From positions 71,500,903 through 71,564,902 of the forward strand of contig NC_090374.1 in assembly GCF_036365525.1 (NCBI RefSeq): a stretch of DNA of 64,000 nucleotides. The letters are read 5' to 3'. Source of the stretch: Heterodontus francisci. Taxonomy: Eukaryota. The notes under the pieces were generated by a model. The model was not told the origin of the DNA and searched no databases. It saw only the letters and a program-made list of their open reading frames with translations. The position numbers and the translations under genes were made by a program. Positions 50,565-64,000 of this stretch are shown here, one piece after another (the stretch's first letter is position 1; each line of letters starts with the position of its first letter).

Positions 50565-53500
50565 TAAATAAAAAGAAGGGACCACCTTAAGAGGCTATAA
50601 GTGAAGGTCACTGGAGGAAGTGATTTAGTGCACACATGACCAGGGAGTTGTGGGTGTAGTCCGACAGAGTAAGACATGTGTTGGTGTGGCCCATGTGGTA
50701 GCTGTGTCCATATATGTTCGTGTTAAGTTATAATAAAAACTCATATATTCTTTGGGTATTACTTGCAGCCCTGTGAATCTTACAATAATTCACATTCCAA
50801 AGGAACAAGTAGCATTATATGGTGGCAACGTCAGGGACTTATTTTTCTGAAGACCACCAAATAATACATTGTGGCAATGTTTGATTTTTTTCTGAAGAAT
50901 ATACTAAGAGAGAACAAAGAATCGCCAATTCGCTACCTGGAGTAGCTACAGATTCAGGTGGAGAGCAGTTGGCAGTAGGCGCCACAACAACGCAGCAAGA
51001 TAGGACTGCGGACAGGACTATGGGAGGTTTTGATTCTCTGTGAGTATAGTAAGCAATTTGCCAGGAGATCAGAGATTTCAACTAATCTGACAGTGGGTCG
51101 AAAAATTTGAAAAAAAGTAGTGCAGCCATTACTGCTTTAATTTTCCCAGGATTTTTTGCTTCTTGGGCAGAGCCTAAGCCAAAAAGAGTGGAAAGAGCTC
51201 AACAATGCCACTGGCAGTCCTGCACAAAGGGAAAGGCTGGCTGTGGCAGCTGCCAGTACTGCAAGATGAAGCTCTCTGCAGAGAGAGAAGCCTGATAGAG
51301 AAAAAAAACTGCTCTCTCAGTTTTAAAAAAAATGAACAAGCTGTTAAACATGGAAAGCAGCTGTTGTCTCACTTTTAAAAGGGGCAGGCCTACAAAAACA
51401 AATCCTATCAAAAAAAGGAAACAGAAAGCTCTACCTGTGAGACAGAAAACCTGTAAAGCAGGGAGCCTGTAAAAGAAGTGTGCCTGTGAAAAGGAAAACC
51501 TGTAAAAGTTCTATATTTATATTTTAAAAAACAGATCATCCAGAAAATAGCTTTCAAGTATCCAGTTATGGATTGGAAGGCGTCGGGCATAGCATCTGAA
51601 TTTAAACTGTTTCAACAGCAGATGTTTCCTGGATGAGTGTTTCCTGGATCAAGAAGTGAGCTAACCAGAGAAACAAGGTATAAAAATCAAGATCGCACAG
51701 GGCAACGAGGGCCTGCAACAGATCTACACATCAGGATTGTCAGCTAAGGATCAGAAGGACCCTAGCAAGCCATGGACATTCCTGGAGGAGCAACTCAAGG
51801 TAAAGGTCACTTTCTGAATACAGAGGCTTGAGCTTATGAACTACCAGCAAAGGCAGGATGAGTCCATTGACCACCTTGTTGCAAGGTGCCGAGGCAAAGC
51901 TCAAGAATGCGACTTCACAGATACCAAATTGTCAGAACGAGTTGTAGAGCTAATAATCACGCATACCCCACTAGAGGCTTTTCAAAAAGATATGCTAGAA
52001 AAGAAGAAAGGGCACACCATAGATACACTACTCAATGGTGGAAGGAAATTTGAAGCCACCATGGCTGAGTGCCAACAGTTACAAGTGTTGGAGGTGGCTA
52101 CAACAATAGGTATGGTAACCAACTAAGAAGTCTGCTAAGCCTTGTGACAAATGTGGCCTGACACCCAATTCGCAGTTGTCTGGTGTACCAGGACCAGTGC
52201 AAAGCTTGTAGCATGCGAGGACATTGGACAAGTCAGTGCAGAAGTCCGAGCTCAGATACTGCACACAGGAATGGTGGCAGATCACAGGCAGAGAGAACGT
52301 CTGCAAGACAGGATGGCAAATGCAACAAAAGCCCAAGCACGTACATCAGGTCGGCAGAGAGACAGGTTATTAGGAGGACATGGATGAAGAATGCACTCGT
52401 GCAAACAGCGAGCAAGCATTTCACACAGTTAATTTGGATCAACATGCCAATGCGATCATGCAATCTGAGGCATCCACCATGATCAGGCTTATATGTCCAC
52501 AGAAGAGTGGGAGGCATAAGCTCAGAGTAAAAATCAACACCGGAGCAAGTGCAAACATTCTGCCAATCCGTATAATGAAGGACATGTATTTAAAGAAATG
52601 GGAATCTATGTTACGACCCACCATGGCTAGGATGATTGCCTACAATGGTTCTCCAATCAATGTGCATTGGAACGATAGCCTTGCAGTGCAGCTGTGGAAC
52701 TCCAAATGGCTACCAAAAATGTTTTATATTGTAGACACAACTGAACCAGTTGTCGCAGGACTTCCAGTATGCCGAGGTTTACAACTTGTCACAATACATG
52801 AAGTCAGTAATGTACCGAAGGTGCAGGAAAATATACAGGTCAAGTATATTGGGTGGGTCCATGTAAAGGATGACATAAAGGCTGGGAGTCTTGACATGAA
52901 GAGGTGATCTGACCAGGAGTTTCTCCTCAGGCTTCAATTCGTTGCAGCAAGTATCCGGAGGTGAGAGGGATTGCCCATTATTGGTGAGGTTGCCAATCAT
53001 CATTTTGCTTAGCTTTCCAAGCATGGGAAGATAAAGGCATCGCGTGATAGGCAAGCAGGACCAGAATTAGCTTGACTCTGAGTAGGACAGAAGGTCAGAG
53101 TGCTCAGTCATGCATCAAGAACTTGGTATCCTGCAGAGGTTGCTCTGTTATGCAGCCAGCCCAGATCGTACGAGGTCCAGCCACCCAATGGTGCAATTCT
53201 CAGACTGAACCGAAGTCAACTCAGAGAGTTGTATGACAACACTACATGCAACAAGCCCATGGCATCACAGACACGTTCAAAGACAAAGTCTGAAGATGAA
53301 TGTACAGAGGCTATGAGCACAGAGGAAGAACATGCTAACCAGAGTTCCAAGTCACCAGAGTCTCAGAGGAGTCATCAAGACAAGCTCAGGTCTGGGAAGA
53401 GGTTTATGATTGGGACGTATAAGCAAACCTCCTCTACGTTTTAGAGAGTGTTAAACTTATTTACTTGTAAATAACATTTTGCTTTAATCATGTATAGTTA

Positions 53501-54989
53501 GTCTGAACTGCAACATCATTCTATATTGTACATATGTTTTTATCTTTGGAAAAAAGGGGATGTTGTAGGACCACCTTAAGAAGGGACCACCTTAAGAGGC
53601 AGTAAGAGAAGGTCACCGGAGGAAGTGTCATGCACACATGACCAGGGAATTGTGGATGTAGCCCGACAGAGTAAGACGTGTGCTTATGTGACTCCTGTAG
53701 TAGCTGTTTATATATCTATTCTAGTTAGGTTATAATAAAAACCCATGTATTCTTTGGAAATTGCTTGCAGTCCTGTGAATTTTACAATAGTTCACATACC
53801 AAAGGAACAAGTAATATTACACTTTCAAGCTGGAAGGCCTCTGATTGGCCCTCCAGCTTCAAGAGCCCACCTGTCATCATTAATTGGATGGTGACCCTGT
53901 CTCAAGGTCAATTAAGCGGGCGCCCCCATTGAAAACTGGGACTGGTGACTGTTCCCTTCAGAGGGAAAATCCTGCCCAATATCTGAGCACCTTAATGTCA
54001 TAACAACCATCTGAGAAACAGATCTTATAACTTTTCTCTCTGTTCTTTTGGTCCTTAAATTTATGGTTTTCAGTTACCAACTCACCAATCATTGAAAATT
54101 TAACCAGTAGAACTATTGAAAAGTTCATTATGGAGTAGTGTGCAATTTGTCTTCATGAAAACTTAGAAAAATCAAGATTTACTCAGGATGCAACACCTAT
54201 TTCCAACTAACCATTCATTGTTTATTAAAGGAGTCAGGCACAAATGTTCACAGTTCCCTCTCAATGAGCCGTCCTTTTCTTTGCTGTAAACTAATCACTG
54301 CACAAAACATTTTTTTCTATTTCATTTGAATAGTGATATTACCACATAATGTATAATATGACAGCTTCTATACTACATCATATCAGGCATCCAATGAAAC
54401 TAAGGTTGATAAATATGGTTGGAAATAATTCAATGCAAACTGTTATTGGAGATATTGTATGCCATTCTCATTCAAGTTGCTTTTTCATGGAAGATCTTGA
54501 TAAATGGATTAGCTCTTCATGTACTTTGCAGAATGATGTGCAAAGGATTTTATGTGCCAATGAGCATTCAACGTCGAAACTTAAATTAGATTAATACTAA
54601 TATTGGAATTTTAATGTTTCCTGTTTGTATATGTTGGTGTTGTTGGATGAAGATGAGTGAGAAATACAACATTCATTTCAAATTGCAGCTTCATAGATTT
54701 ACATCTACTTCCAAAGGTTTGCAATAGTTACCATTGGAGATACTTCTCCAGCTTTGTGGATAATGTGGGAATTTCATTAATCACCTACCTTAATGAGTCA
54801 GGAAGATGTGTTTTTTAAATAATAAACCAATTACAATTCCCAGAAGTATATTTATCTCAGTCCAAACTGTTTTACCACTCTATGTTTGTAAAATAAACTT
54901 TTGTCCATGTTAGTTATATGCTTCCATCTCTCTTTTCCATTGGATGCAAGTAATGAGCAAATTCTACTGCTAGATGCTTCGATGCAGTA

Positions 54990-55748
54990 AAGTTTGTTGA
55001 TGGAAGCCTATGACATCGGGCTCTGTGGTGGGAGGGGTGGAGGATTGTTCCGGCAGACATGGAGGGCTCAGCCAGATCCTCCCGGCGACGGCGAGGCTCC
55101 GTGGAAGCCGCCACCTCTGCTGGGCGACGAGAATTAAATTCCAATATTTAAAAGAATGAGATGAATAAATTTAAATAAACTTACCTTTAATCCTCCAGGC
55201 CCGCCGCAATCCTCAGTGTGGTGCCCAGCCCTCCCGTGCCTTCAATTCCCCATCTGGGGAAAGCCGGCGTGACACTGGTTGGCGGGGAGGGGAATTAAAA
55301 TTTTCTCTGTGGGGGGGACGAGGTCAAATAAACGTAATGGGTGCAGGGGATGTTGGGAAGGGGTGAACTTTAAACTTTGTGCAGTCTGGTGAGGTAGGTC
55401 AGATTTAAAAGGTAAGTGTTTTGAGGGGGAAGGGCAAATAGTTAATGTAATTGTTATTGGGAGGTAGGAAAGGGGCTCTAGAAATTTATTTGATAAATTT
55501 TAGGAGGCTGTATCTTAAAAATTTAAATATGCCAGCAGGGCTGACTGCTCTTTATAAATGGCACAGACAGTTGATGCCATTGCCAGTGTTGGACAGCCCG
55601 GCCCCTCGACGTGTTTGGGGAGAGACGGGCCACTCTGGCTATTTAAATGAGCTGCCACGTGGGAGATCATAGTGGCTCATTGGTGTGCGGCCCACACGTG
55701 TGGCCTACCATTTTTTGAGCTCACTGCCGATGCCTTAAAATCCAGCCC
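54990..55748. mobile_element. Harbinger-type MITE, left end decayed
   Basis: Collinear with 47887-48706; ends TAAAATCCAGCCC. Confidence 0.8.
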
Positions 55749-56713
55749 TTAAAGTCATTCATAATTATATCGTGAGGATAAATCAGACAGCCTTCTTTTT
55801 CACTTAGTTTTCCTCAGAAATTTTGGAAGTTAGACTGGAGCATTTATATGAAAGACATATTTCATTCTGCTAATTGTTCAAGTTTTCTGTTTCCAGTCTG
55901 ATTTATTCTGTAACCTCTGTAAATGACTAGAAAAGCTGTCACTCATTATTGTTATATTGCTTGCGCCACTTGCAGTAATGCTTATTTGTGTGTCATTGTG
56001 TTTTAACTGCCAATGATAAGATCAGGCTGATTGTCCTGAGCTGGAGTTACAGGCAACCAGCCATATGGTGGAGACCCACAATGTTAGATCATCACTCAAA
56101 TTGCACTGCCCACAAACTTCTTGTGCTGCTCCAAAAAGGGCCCTGAAGGATGCATGACAATGCAATCCAATTTTTTGTGTTGAGTTTGTGACATAAGAAT
56201 GACTTGTAACCTGATTTCCCACCGTGTGCAAGCTATGTACATCAAAAGAGGGGGCTAATAAAATCAAAAGATTTTTTGAGTACTGTGAAGGCGCAGCAAG
56301 TGCTTTTTTTAACACAGAAAACATCATTGCTTTGCTTCTATATTGCACCTTAATTTATTTAAGGATAGTGTGTCCAAAGAGTTTGGGCTACAACATGTTA
56401 CACCTTTATATGGGTCCATCCAGAACAACTTCTTTATTCCATGCCTGAATCTTCACCTTGCTCTGCAATAAAGACATTTCTGTTTTGCATTAATCCATTG
56501 ACCTGCTTATCATCATACAACCTATTATAAAAATATCACCTCCCAGTAACATCAGAAGGATTTTGCACAAAAACATAATATGCAGCCAGTCATTTTATTG
56601 CATATACATCCAATTGTAACTGTCAACCTAATTCCTTCCACCACAGTAGCTTACCTTTCTAATATGGACTGTCTTTTGTGCATGACTGATGAGTCCAGTG
56701 ATTCCTCTAAGTG

Positions 56714-56990
56714 TCTGTGTGGAGTTTGCAAGTTCTCCCTGTGTCTGCGTGGGTTTCCTCCGGGTGCTCCGGTTTCCTCCCACATGCCAAAGACTTGCAG
56801 GTTGATAGGTAAATTGGCCATTAGCAATTGCCCCTAGTATAGGTAGGTGGTAGGGAAATATAGGGACAGGTGGGGATGTGGTAGGAATATGGAATTAGTG
56901 TAGGATTAGTATAAATGGGTGGTTGATGGTCGGCACAGACTCGATGGGCCGAAGGGACTGTTTCAGTGCTGTATCTCTAAACTAAACTAA
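56714..56990 (+). mobile_element. 5'-truncated HE1-like SINE
   Basis: Matches the 3' part of 38302-38645; (CTAAA)n tail; CTAAGTG on both sides. Confidence 0.9.
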
Positions 56991-58998
56991 GTGGTTGTCC
57001 TGAGACAAGAATAGAGCAGGAGGATGGCAGTTGTATGTCACTGTCATGGTCTGGGACCCTAGGTGACTGTCAAGCTCTGTGAACTCACACACCAGATAGG
57101 GCAGCTTCTGCCTGTATCTCAAATACCAATATGGGACAGCGTGGCTGTGCTGGCTTTTAGTTGCAACCAAGTACAGGGAGAAAGATAGCGGTGGAGGTGG
57201 AACCTTCTAGAGAGAAAGAACACGGTGATCCACAATCCGTTTCAACCTTTCCCTTCCCCTGGCCTCTCAGACATACTAGTCGTAGGACTGGATTGGCAGA
57301 GCACATGGTGGGCATTATTTTCATCCTTGTCAGAGCAAGGTCTTAGACAAGCTTGTCCATGTAGGCTGCTGCAGTCTAGCCAAGGGCACCAATCTGTGCC
57401 TTCATGAGAGAACCTTATATTGGCAATAAGGCCGCAGCTGTGAGAGGCTGCAAACAATATGGCCATGGAGATGCCAATCAGGCGGATGTGGACTTCACTG
57501 AAACATCCCCCACCCCCTACCTATGCAACCTCCCCCTGTTAATATCGGGGCTATTATTTCCTTCCTTTTAGAGCAACATCTTTTGCAAGCATGTTCAAGG
57601 GAGTTCCTGGAGGAGGAGGGACCTCCTCATTTTTCTACTCCTGCTCTTCCTGTTCCACTGCTCTGTGATTCCACCTCAGTGCTCCCCTCATACTCTCGAT
57701 CTATATCTCCCAGAGTGGATGTAGTTAGGCTGCCACATGCTAAATCCACATGTTAAATCTTGGAATTGTATTGGGATGCCGAGTAAGCTATTTCTTGCAG
57801 GCCTAGTCTCTGCTTGCTGTACCATTCCTATGAAGAAAGAAATAGGGATAAACAGAATAAATTGATAGTTAGGTGAATATGTACTAATGGGCTTCATCCT
57901 GACTGTCATCTGTGTGGAAAGGTCTTGAAATTTGGCATTTTCAGACACATTAACCAGAAGTAAGAAGGAAGGATAGAAAGGATAGGTTGCTTGCTGGAGC
58001 TCCATTGCCCTTTTCTCAAAGGTAGCAACTTCCTGAACTGCAGTAGACCTTCTTCCAATGACTGTGACCTATCTTTTATTAAATGGTACATTCCTCTGCA
58101 GAGATGTATAACACCTCCATAAATTACTAATGCAGTATCATGACCTTTTCCCTTTTGTATTCAGAAGTACTTGCAGTCACTGTGAAGGTGGTGCTGCTTT
58201 AGTTTCATGCATTAGATTGATGCAGATCTAGTGTGACTGGTGAGTCAATCCTCATTGTGCAGGGGATTGCACCATGATGCTATTTAATTAGCTCTTTACA
58301 TTGACTGACGGGAAATACTAGTCTGTTGCCACAAGTCTTAAACACACTTTTTAAACCTATGTAAAGTATCATACTTTCCTCCTTCTGTCATTATACACTG
58401 CTCCCATATTCATGGCATAATGCTGTTGATGGCCTGGGCCACTTATTGCCATGTCCTGTGTGCTATGGCCTTCATGATGGAGCACTGCTCCTCTGCTCTC
58501 CTTCTTATTACAGCTGTGCAATAGCCTTGTCATCATAGGGTGCCCTACTGCCATGCTGCTGGAGTCATTTTTTTAAGCTCTAAGTGTAAAGTCCTTCTCT
58601 TTCGCACTGTGACTTTAACAATTATTGTCTGGTAGCAATCAATTCTCAGAAGCACTTGCAGATATTAGGCTGCAAGTTGGAGAATTCCAAACTGTCCACC
58701 CAACTTTAATGCTTCTGCTTGGACCACTTTTACTGAATGAGGCACCCATGATAGATGTTCTTCTCAGTAGGACATTAAAATGGCATTTGGTCCTATCCAT
58801 CTACCAGGACTCCAATTTGTAATCACGCAGAAAAACAGCATAAAAAAGCTCACATGTCGAAGACAGAGTAGTAAGCATGCCGCATTCATTTGAACTCCTG
58901 TTCTGTCTGGTTTTTACCAGGCAGGTAAAGTTTATATCCCCCCTCAGAAGTTTAACATCAATGCATAGTCAAATCTATTTCACACCAATGATAAATTG

Positions 58999-59576
58999 GG
59001 GCTGGATTTTGTTCTCCCCCAGGCGTCGGGCTCCATGCCGGGGGTGGTTGGGGGTGGGGTGCCTGAAGATGGCTCCGGATGAGGCCCGCTCGATCCTCCC
59101 GGCAATGGCGAGACTCTGTGGTGGCCCACCCACCGCTGGACAACAGGACCTCAATTAAAATATTCAAATCAATAAAATGAATACATTCAAATGTACTTAA
59201 CTGCAATCTTGAGTACCCGCTGCGATCTTTGGCACGGCAGCCGGCACTCCTGCGCCATCAAATCCCCATCCCAGGGTCAAATAAACTTAATGGGTGTAGG
59301 TGATGGTGGGAAGAGTTGACCTTCAAACTTTGTGCAGTTTGTGGGCGTTACTTCTTTAAAAATTAAAAAATTGCGCCAGCACCTGCGCACAGGCTGCACA
59401 GGCAGCTGACACCATTGTCGACGATGGACAGCCCGCCCCCTCCACATGATTGGTGGGGGAGGGGGGGGGCGGGCCGCCCGGCCATTTAAATGAGCCACCG
59501 CGCGAGAGATTGCGGCGGATCTTTTGCGTCACGCGGGCTGCCATTTTTAGAGCTCGCCGCCAGTAAAATCCAGCCC
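58999..59576. mobile_element. Harbinger-type MITE, internally deleted
   Basis: GGGCTGGATTTT...AAAATCCAGCCC; flanks TTG/CTG. Confidence 0.85.
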
Positions 59577-62068
59577 CTGGAGTGCATATTGAGCACTAAA
59601 GACCTACTAAAGGACTCCAAAATCAAGCAGAGTGAGACTAGTGCAAAGTTGAACTCTTTCGCAATGCTGTCATGTTTGTAATGTGAATGCATCGTAAATC
59701 AAGAAGCACAAGGCCCATGGTGTGATTCAAGGAGTAGTTTCAATAGCCTGTAGATTGTAGGAGGATCACTGACTGAGGAAAACAAGCTGCACTATTTTGA
59801 ACTGCAGGTATGTTGTTGCTAATAGTGTGATGAATTATTTTTTCGCAAGTATTCATAAAAAATCATTTTCTCTGGACTGTTGTAGTCCTTTCAGTGTCTG
59901 TTATATATAAAGAAACCTATACAGGCTTCAATCTTATAATATGAGTACAGATTAGTGCAATGAAGAGTTATATTAAAGGCCTAGAAAGTAAATTTTGTCT
60001 TTTACCAATGCAAAAATATATCTGCAGGTATAACTATGTTAGCCAGTTTTGAATACAGCTGTATCCCTAACATGAAAATATTCTGATAGTCTTTAAAATA
60101 TGCCAAACATATAAAAATTTTATACAGATCAAGGTCTTCAAAAAGACTATCTTAAAGTTTTCATTCCTATCCAGAAACCCTGGTTTCTCTTCTGATGCCA
60201 AGGTGAATCATAATGAAACTGTCCGAATGAAATAAGTTCCAACTTTGGGTGTTAACGGTGGAGAGCCAAAAAAGGAAAATGGAAAAGAAAAGAATAACAA
60301 GATTTTCTGAGGACAACAGATCGATTTATGTACCTGTCATAAGAACTACCAATAAAGTGACTACTTGCTACTCCTTGGTGTTTATTCCGCAAATACTTTC
60401 TTTTTTGTTTTGTAAAGTTTTAATTCCTCGGTGGCTCTTCAGCACTTTTAATAAAAATAAATCTTAGGACAACCTAACATTTAGTTGACCTCATTGGCTG
60501 TTTAATCTCCGACTCAGATAAGGCCACCCACAATGAAAAGCTTATTTCCAATCTAACGGGCTGAGCCAAAATAGGTAGCCTGCTTCTGCTCGCAAAGTAT
60601 TTCTACGGAATGAGTTCCCACAAAAGCTGTTGAAATTAAACATTTCAAATCAGATAAGATACAATGTTTTTTCCCCAGCACATTCCAGACCAGGTTAAGG
60701 CACTTTTATCATTCTAGTTTCTATCATAGTTTTAGGCCTTAGGCCCAGATGTTGCCTTGGTTTTTTTTCCTGTTTCCTTTCACTTAGTCCTACACAGCTA
60801 TGTGACTGGGAATACAAGAGATTTCAACAGTGGCTCATAGTTTAAGGAATTGAAAAAGCTGTGCAAGCCTTTCTCCTCAGTTTTGCTTAACCTACTTTAT
60901 CCAAGCACCTGATCGAGATATTCTACTGATTGGCCTCAACTCGATAGCACCTCACATGTTTTTAGTTTGCTAAATGGATGCCTAAACCTCCAATAAGGCA
61001 GCCAGGAAATACATGCTGATTACGAGCCGGAATGCACCACCCACCATATTGGCATAGACAAAAGAAGTGACCAGGGACCATGCCTGAAAAATGCATTAGG
61101 GCCTTTGCTTCTGTTACTCACACCCCCAACAGAGCTTCTAGCGTACGTCAGAGGAAACGTACCTTCACCAGGGAGACTTTTTTCTGAATCAGGGTTGTGT
61201 CCTCAATCTACGAAGTGGGAAAATGGTCTTAAGATGCTGGAAGTTAAAGGAGGAAACTCAGCGACAGACAGGATGAGTTGGGTGTGAATAAGTGGCTATG
61301 CATCATGCATCTAGGTTATGTTACAATGACTTGGAAGATGTATGTGTGGCAAAGCTTTCAGTTGTACATTGTATCGATAAAGTGTACCCTAGTGAGATGT
61401 GGGTGTACAGGAAATGCAATGAAACTGCTGTCGGCTTGTGTGAAGGTTTGATGATAAAATTTACATGCAAACTTTAATGGCATGCAGTCTTGTATAGCTA
61501 CCATAAATCCTCAATTTTGACCCAGTCTGCCCGGTGGGAATGGTGGGGTTAAAAAGGCTCACCAAGCAGAAACCTCTACATTGCTGCAGCATTCACGACC
61601 TCCATCATTTTAATTCCTGGGTTTTCGGAGTGTAGAGGCCAATCACTACATGCAGGTAAGGGATTCAAAAATATTGAAACGTCGGTGTCCGAAGATATCT
61701 TTCTGAAACTGATGTAATTTTAACTTGGAGATGTGTGAACTATCCACATTCTCCAAGCCACCAGCAAAAGGTGACCACAAGCAACATGGGGTCAGAAGAG
61801 AACCCAAATGAGTAATGAATTTTAAAAGTTTTGACAGGTTCTTTGTGAGATAAGGAGTGCTCCTCCTGGCCTAACCAGGAATCCTTAGGTCTCCTCTGCC
61901 CCAGTTTCACCTTCCCCTTCCTCTCTGGCTATGATCAGCCTAGATGCCCCTCCTGCCTGATTTACCATATCAGGGACTGTTTGCTTCAGTCCCTGGCAGT
62001 GGCCTGCAGCTGCACAATTTCACAGTGCTGCTTCCTGACCTACATGTCACTGGGGCCTGCGAGTTGAG

Positions 62069-62390
62069 CACATAGGAACAGGAGTGGGTCATTCAGCCCC
62101 TCGAGCCACTTCTGCCATTCAAATAGATCATGGCTGATCTGTATCTCAATTCCACCTACCCACCTTAGTTCTGGAACCCTAATGCCCCTATTCAACAAAA
62201 ATCTATCAATCTCAGTTTTGAAATTTTCCATTGACCTAACCTCAACAACTTTTGTGGGGGAGAGTGTTATAGATTTCCCCAAATCTTTGTGTGAAGAAGT
62301 GATTTCTGACAACCCCGCTGAATTTCCTAGCTCTAATTTTAAGTTTATTCCCCCTGTTCTGGACTTCCCCACCAGAGAAAATAGTTTCTC
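62069..62390 (-). mobile_element. Old CR1 3' end
   Basis: FKTEIDRFLL; tail similar to 3199-3400. Confidence 0.8.
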
Positions 62391-62392
62391 GC

Positions 62393-62727
62393 TATTATTA
62401 TTATTGGCTATCCCTCATAGGCGAGGATGATAGTGTTCCGTGAGTCCGAAGATGGCTGATGAGGCCGATTCAGGATCTACAGACTTTATGCATGTAGAGC
62501 ATTTGTTGTCATGTGGGATGTCTGGTCGTGTGTTATTAATTTGGGTCATGGCTTATTCTTTCCGCTGCTCTTGTTTTTCCTCTCCAGGAGTTGGTGTCAA
62601 TGTTGCATTTCATCAGGTTGGCTTTCAGCACACCCTGAAGTGCTTCTTTTGTCCTCCTCTGGTGTGTCTGCCCTGCCTGAGCTGGGAGACGAAGATCTGC
62701 TTTGGGAACCTGGTATCTGGTATCTGA
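62393..62727 (-). mobile_element. RTE LINE 3' end with (TAA)n tail
   Basis: IPDTRFPKQIFVSQLRQGRHTRGGQKKHF...KANLMKCNI; TAATAATAA tail on minus. Confidence 0.8.
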
Positions 62728-62729
62728 CA

Positions 62730-63359
62730 TCTGAACTATATGAATCACAAAGATATTCGCACCACCAGAGCAATGACAGGAGCTGATGACTGCTGCAACA
62801 ATCACCGACTTATTTGTTCAATCATGTCCATCAAACTGGCTCCCAAACGAAGGATGTAACAGTAGAGATGTCCACGAAAGATCAACATCGAAGCTCTGAA
62901 GGATCCAATCAAAAGAGACTGATTCCAACAATGCCTTAGGGAAAAACTGTCAAACTTCAATCAAGAACAGAAGAAGTGTCCACAGCACTTGGGATGTCCT
63001 TAAATCCAATATCATCAATGCCTCCAAGGATATTCTTGGATTTTCTGTCAGGAAACATCAGGACTGGTTTGATGAAAATTATCAGGTTATCAATGAACTG
63101 AGTGATCGCAAGCGCAAGACTTTCTGTAATAAAAACAAGAAATGCTGGAAATACTCAGCAGGTCTGGCAGCATCTGTGGAGAGAAAAGCAGAGTTAATGT
63201 TTCGGGTCAGTTACCCTTCTTCGGAACTCTTTGTAAGGGGATAAAACTGAGACCTTTGCTGAGTACAGAACGTTCAGCATCAGAGAGGGGGAGGTCAAGA
63301 CTTTCTGTGCCTGGCAGAATGACCCAAACTCAAAGCAAAAGGAACTGGCTTACCAACAA
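62730..63359 (+). mobile_element. RTE LINE endonuclease-to-RT linker fragment, opposite orientation to 62393-62727
   Basis: TRAMTGADDC..HRLICS and RKHQDWFDEN. Confidence 0.82.
63130..63228 (-). mobile_element. Short Penelope pLTR copy inside the RTE fragment
   Basis: Matches about 45870-45969. Confidence 0.88.
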
Positions 63360-64000
63360 TGTTATGACCACGGCGGGAGCAACACACTGTTAATTCAGTC
63401 CCATCACTCCACAGGTCGCAGCATATTATTAAGCTTTCACACCCAATCGAAAAACAGCCAAATTAAACATTCTAGTAACCCCAGAATGAAACAGACCAAA
63501 CCAGATATCCTTAGACAACAACAAATTAATTATTTATTGTAAAAAACCTAAATCTTAAACACTATTAAGATAAACCTATGTATGAAGACCTTATAACTTC
63601 TTATTTTAATCTAACTCCCGCATTCACACACATACACTCAATAACTAACAGTTAACCGGTTTTAAAAGTGGAGTTTTTAAAAATTAGCTGTCTTTGAAGT
63701 ATAAATAAAATAAGTAAGTTTTTTGTAGGTTACGTTCCTGATGGATGAGGTCTTCTAATGTGAAAAATAATCAAAGGTCACTCGAAGTCTTCATGTGGAT
63801 TTGATCAAAATAGTCCTTCAGTAGATACGTATTCAACTCTTCGGCCGCAGCAAGCATTAAACAGTTCTTTGAATGATGAGCACCGCAATATAAACGCTGT
63901 CTTGAAAAAGAATGCATTTCTTCTTTATTTAAGGAATTAATCTGGCTTGGAGCACCTTGTAGAATTTTAGCTGAGAGGAAATAGACAGCTTTCTTCTCTT
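63360..64000 (-). mobile_element. LTR running off the window end, related to 30433-31407
   Basis: Starts TGTTATGAC; shares CACTG.TAATTCA.TCCC.TC.CTCCACAG block with about 30503-30532. Confidence 0.75.

Larger units (their letters stand above)
49909..53821 (+). mobile_element. Ty3/gypsy (Mag-like) LTR retrotransposon, internally deleted: gag, protease, integrase C-terminus; no RT
   Basis: LTRs 49909-50819 (interrupted) and 53561-53821; 5-bp TSD CTTTC; PBS TGGTGGCAACG (tRNA-Leu-like) at 50820; PPT AAAAAGGGGA; CKACSMRGHWTSQC; VKINTGASANILP; WYPAEV..PRSYEV..LNRSQLR. Confidence 0.9.
49401..53977. mobile_element. Harbinger-type MITE split by the gypsy element at 49909-53821
   Basis: GGTCTGAATTTTC...GAAAATCCTGCCC; flanks TAT/AAT. 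Confidence 0.65.

Noticed and set aside
58369-58554. 61-aa ATG-initiated minus-strand ORF
   Set aside because: No recognisable motif, and its length is within chance expectation.
60140-60300. Possible minus-strand exon after a long pyrimidine tract
   Set aside because: No convincing donor and no recognisable peptide; needs RNA-seq.

Overview
Eukaryotic, repeat-dense DNA, most likely from a cartilaginous fish (inferred from the HE1-type SINEs, HER1/CR1 LINEs, DeuSINE-like and Penelope repeats). I found no host protein-coding exon I can support, so the window looks intronic or intergenic, and nearly every long ORF is a decayed transposon ORF. It contains several CR1 LINE copies, a second LINE family, RTE LINEs, Penelope-like elements with minimal hammerhead-like motifs, a decayed two-gene Harbinger transposon, many Harbinger-type MITEs and a TTAA-flanked foldback element. 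There are three LTR retrotransposon bodies (a Gmr1-like gypsy deletion derivative, a GalEa-type Ty1/copia element and a Mag-like gypsy derivative) plus solo LTRs. The most unusual signals are the same LTR-element/CR1 junction present twice 12 kb apart, the GalEa-type element with extra modules between integrase and RT, the Penelope hammerhead-like motifs including a perfect 64-bp-arm hairpin, and an RTE LINE with twin-priming-like geometry. None of these is established as a new biological system. Family names come from motif recognition, not database searches.
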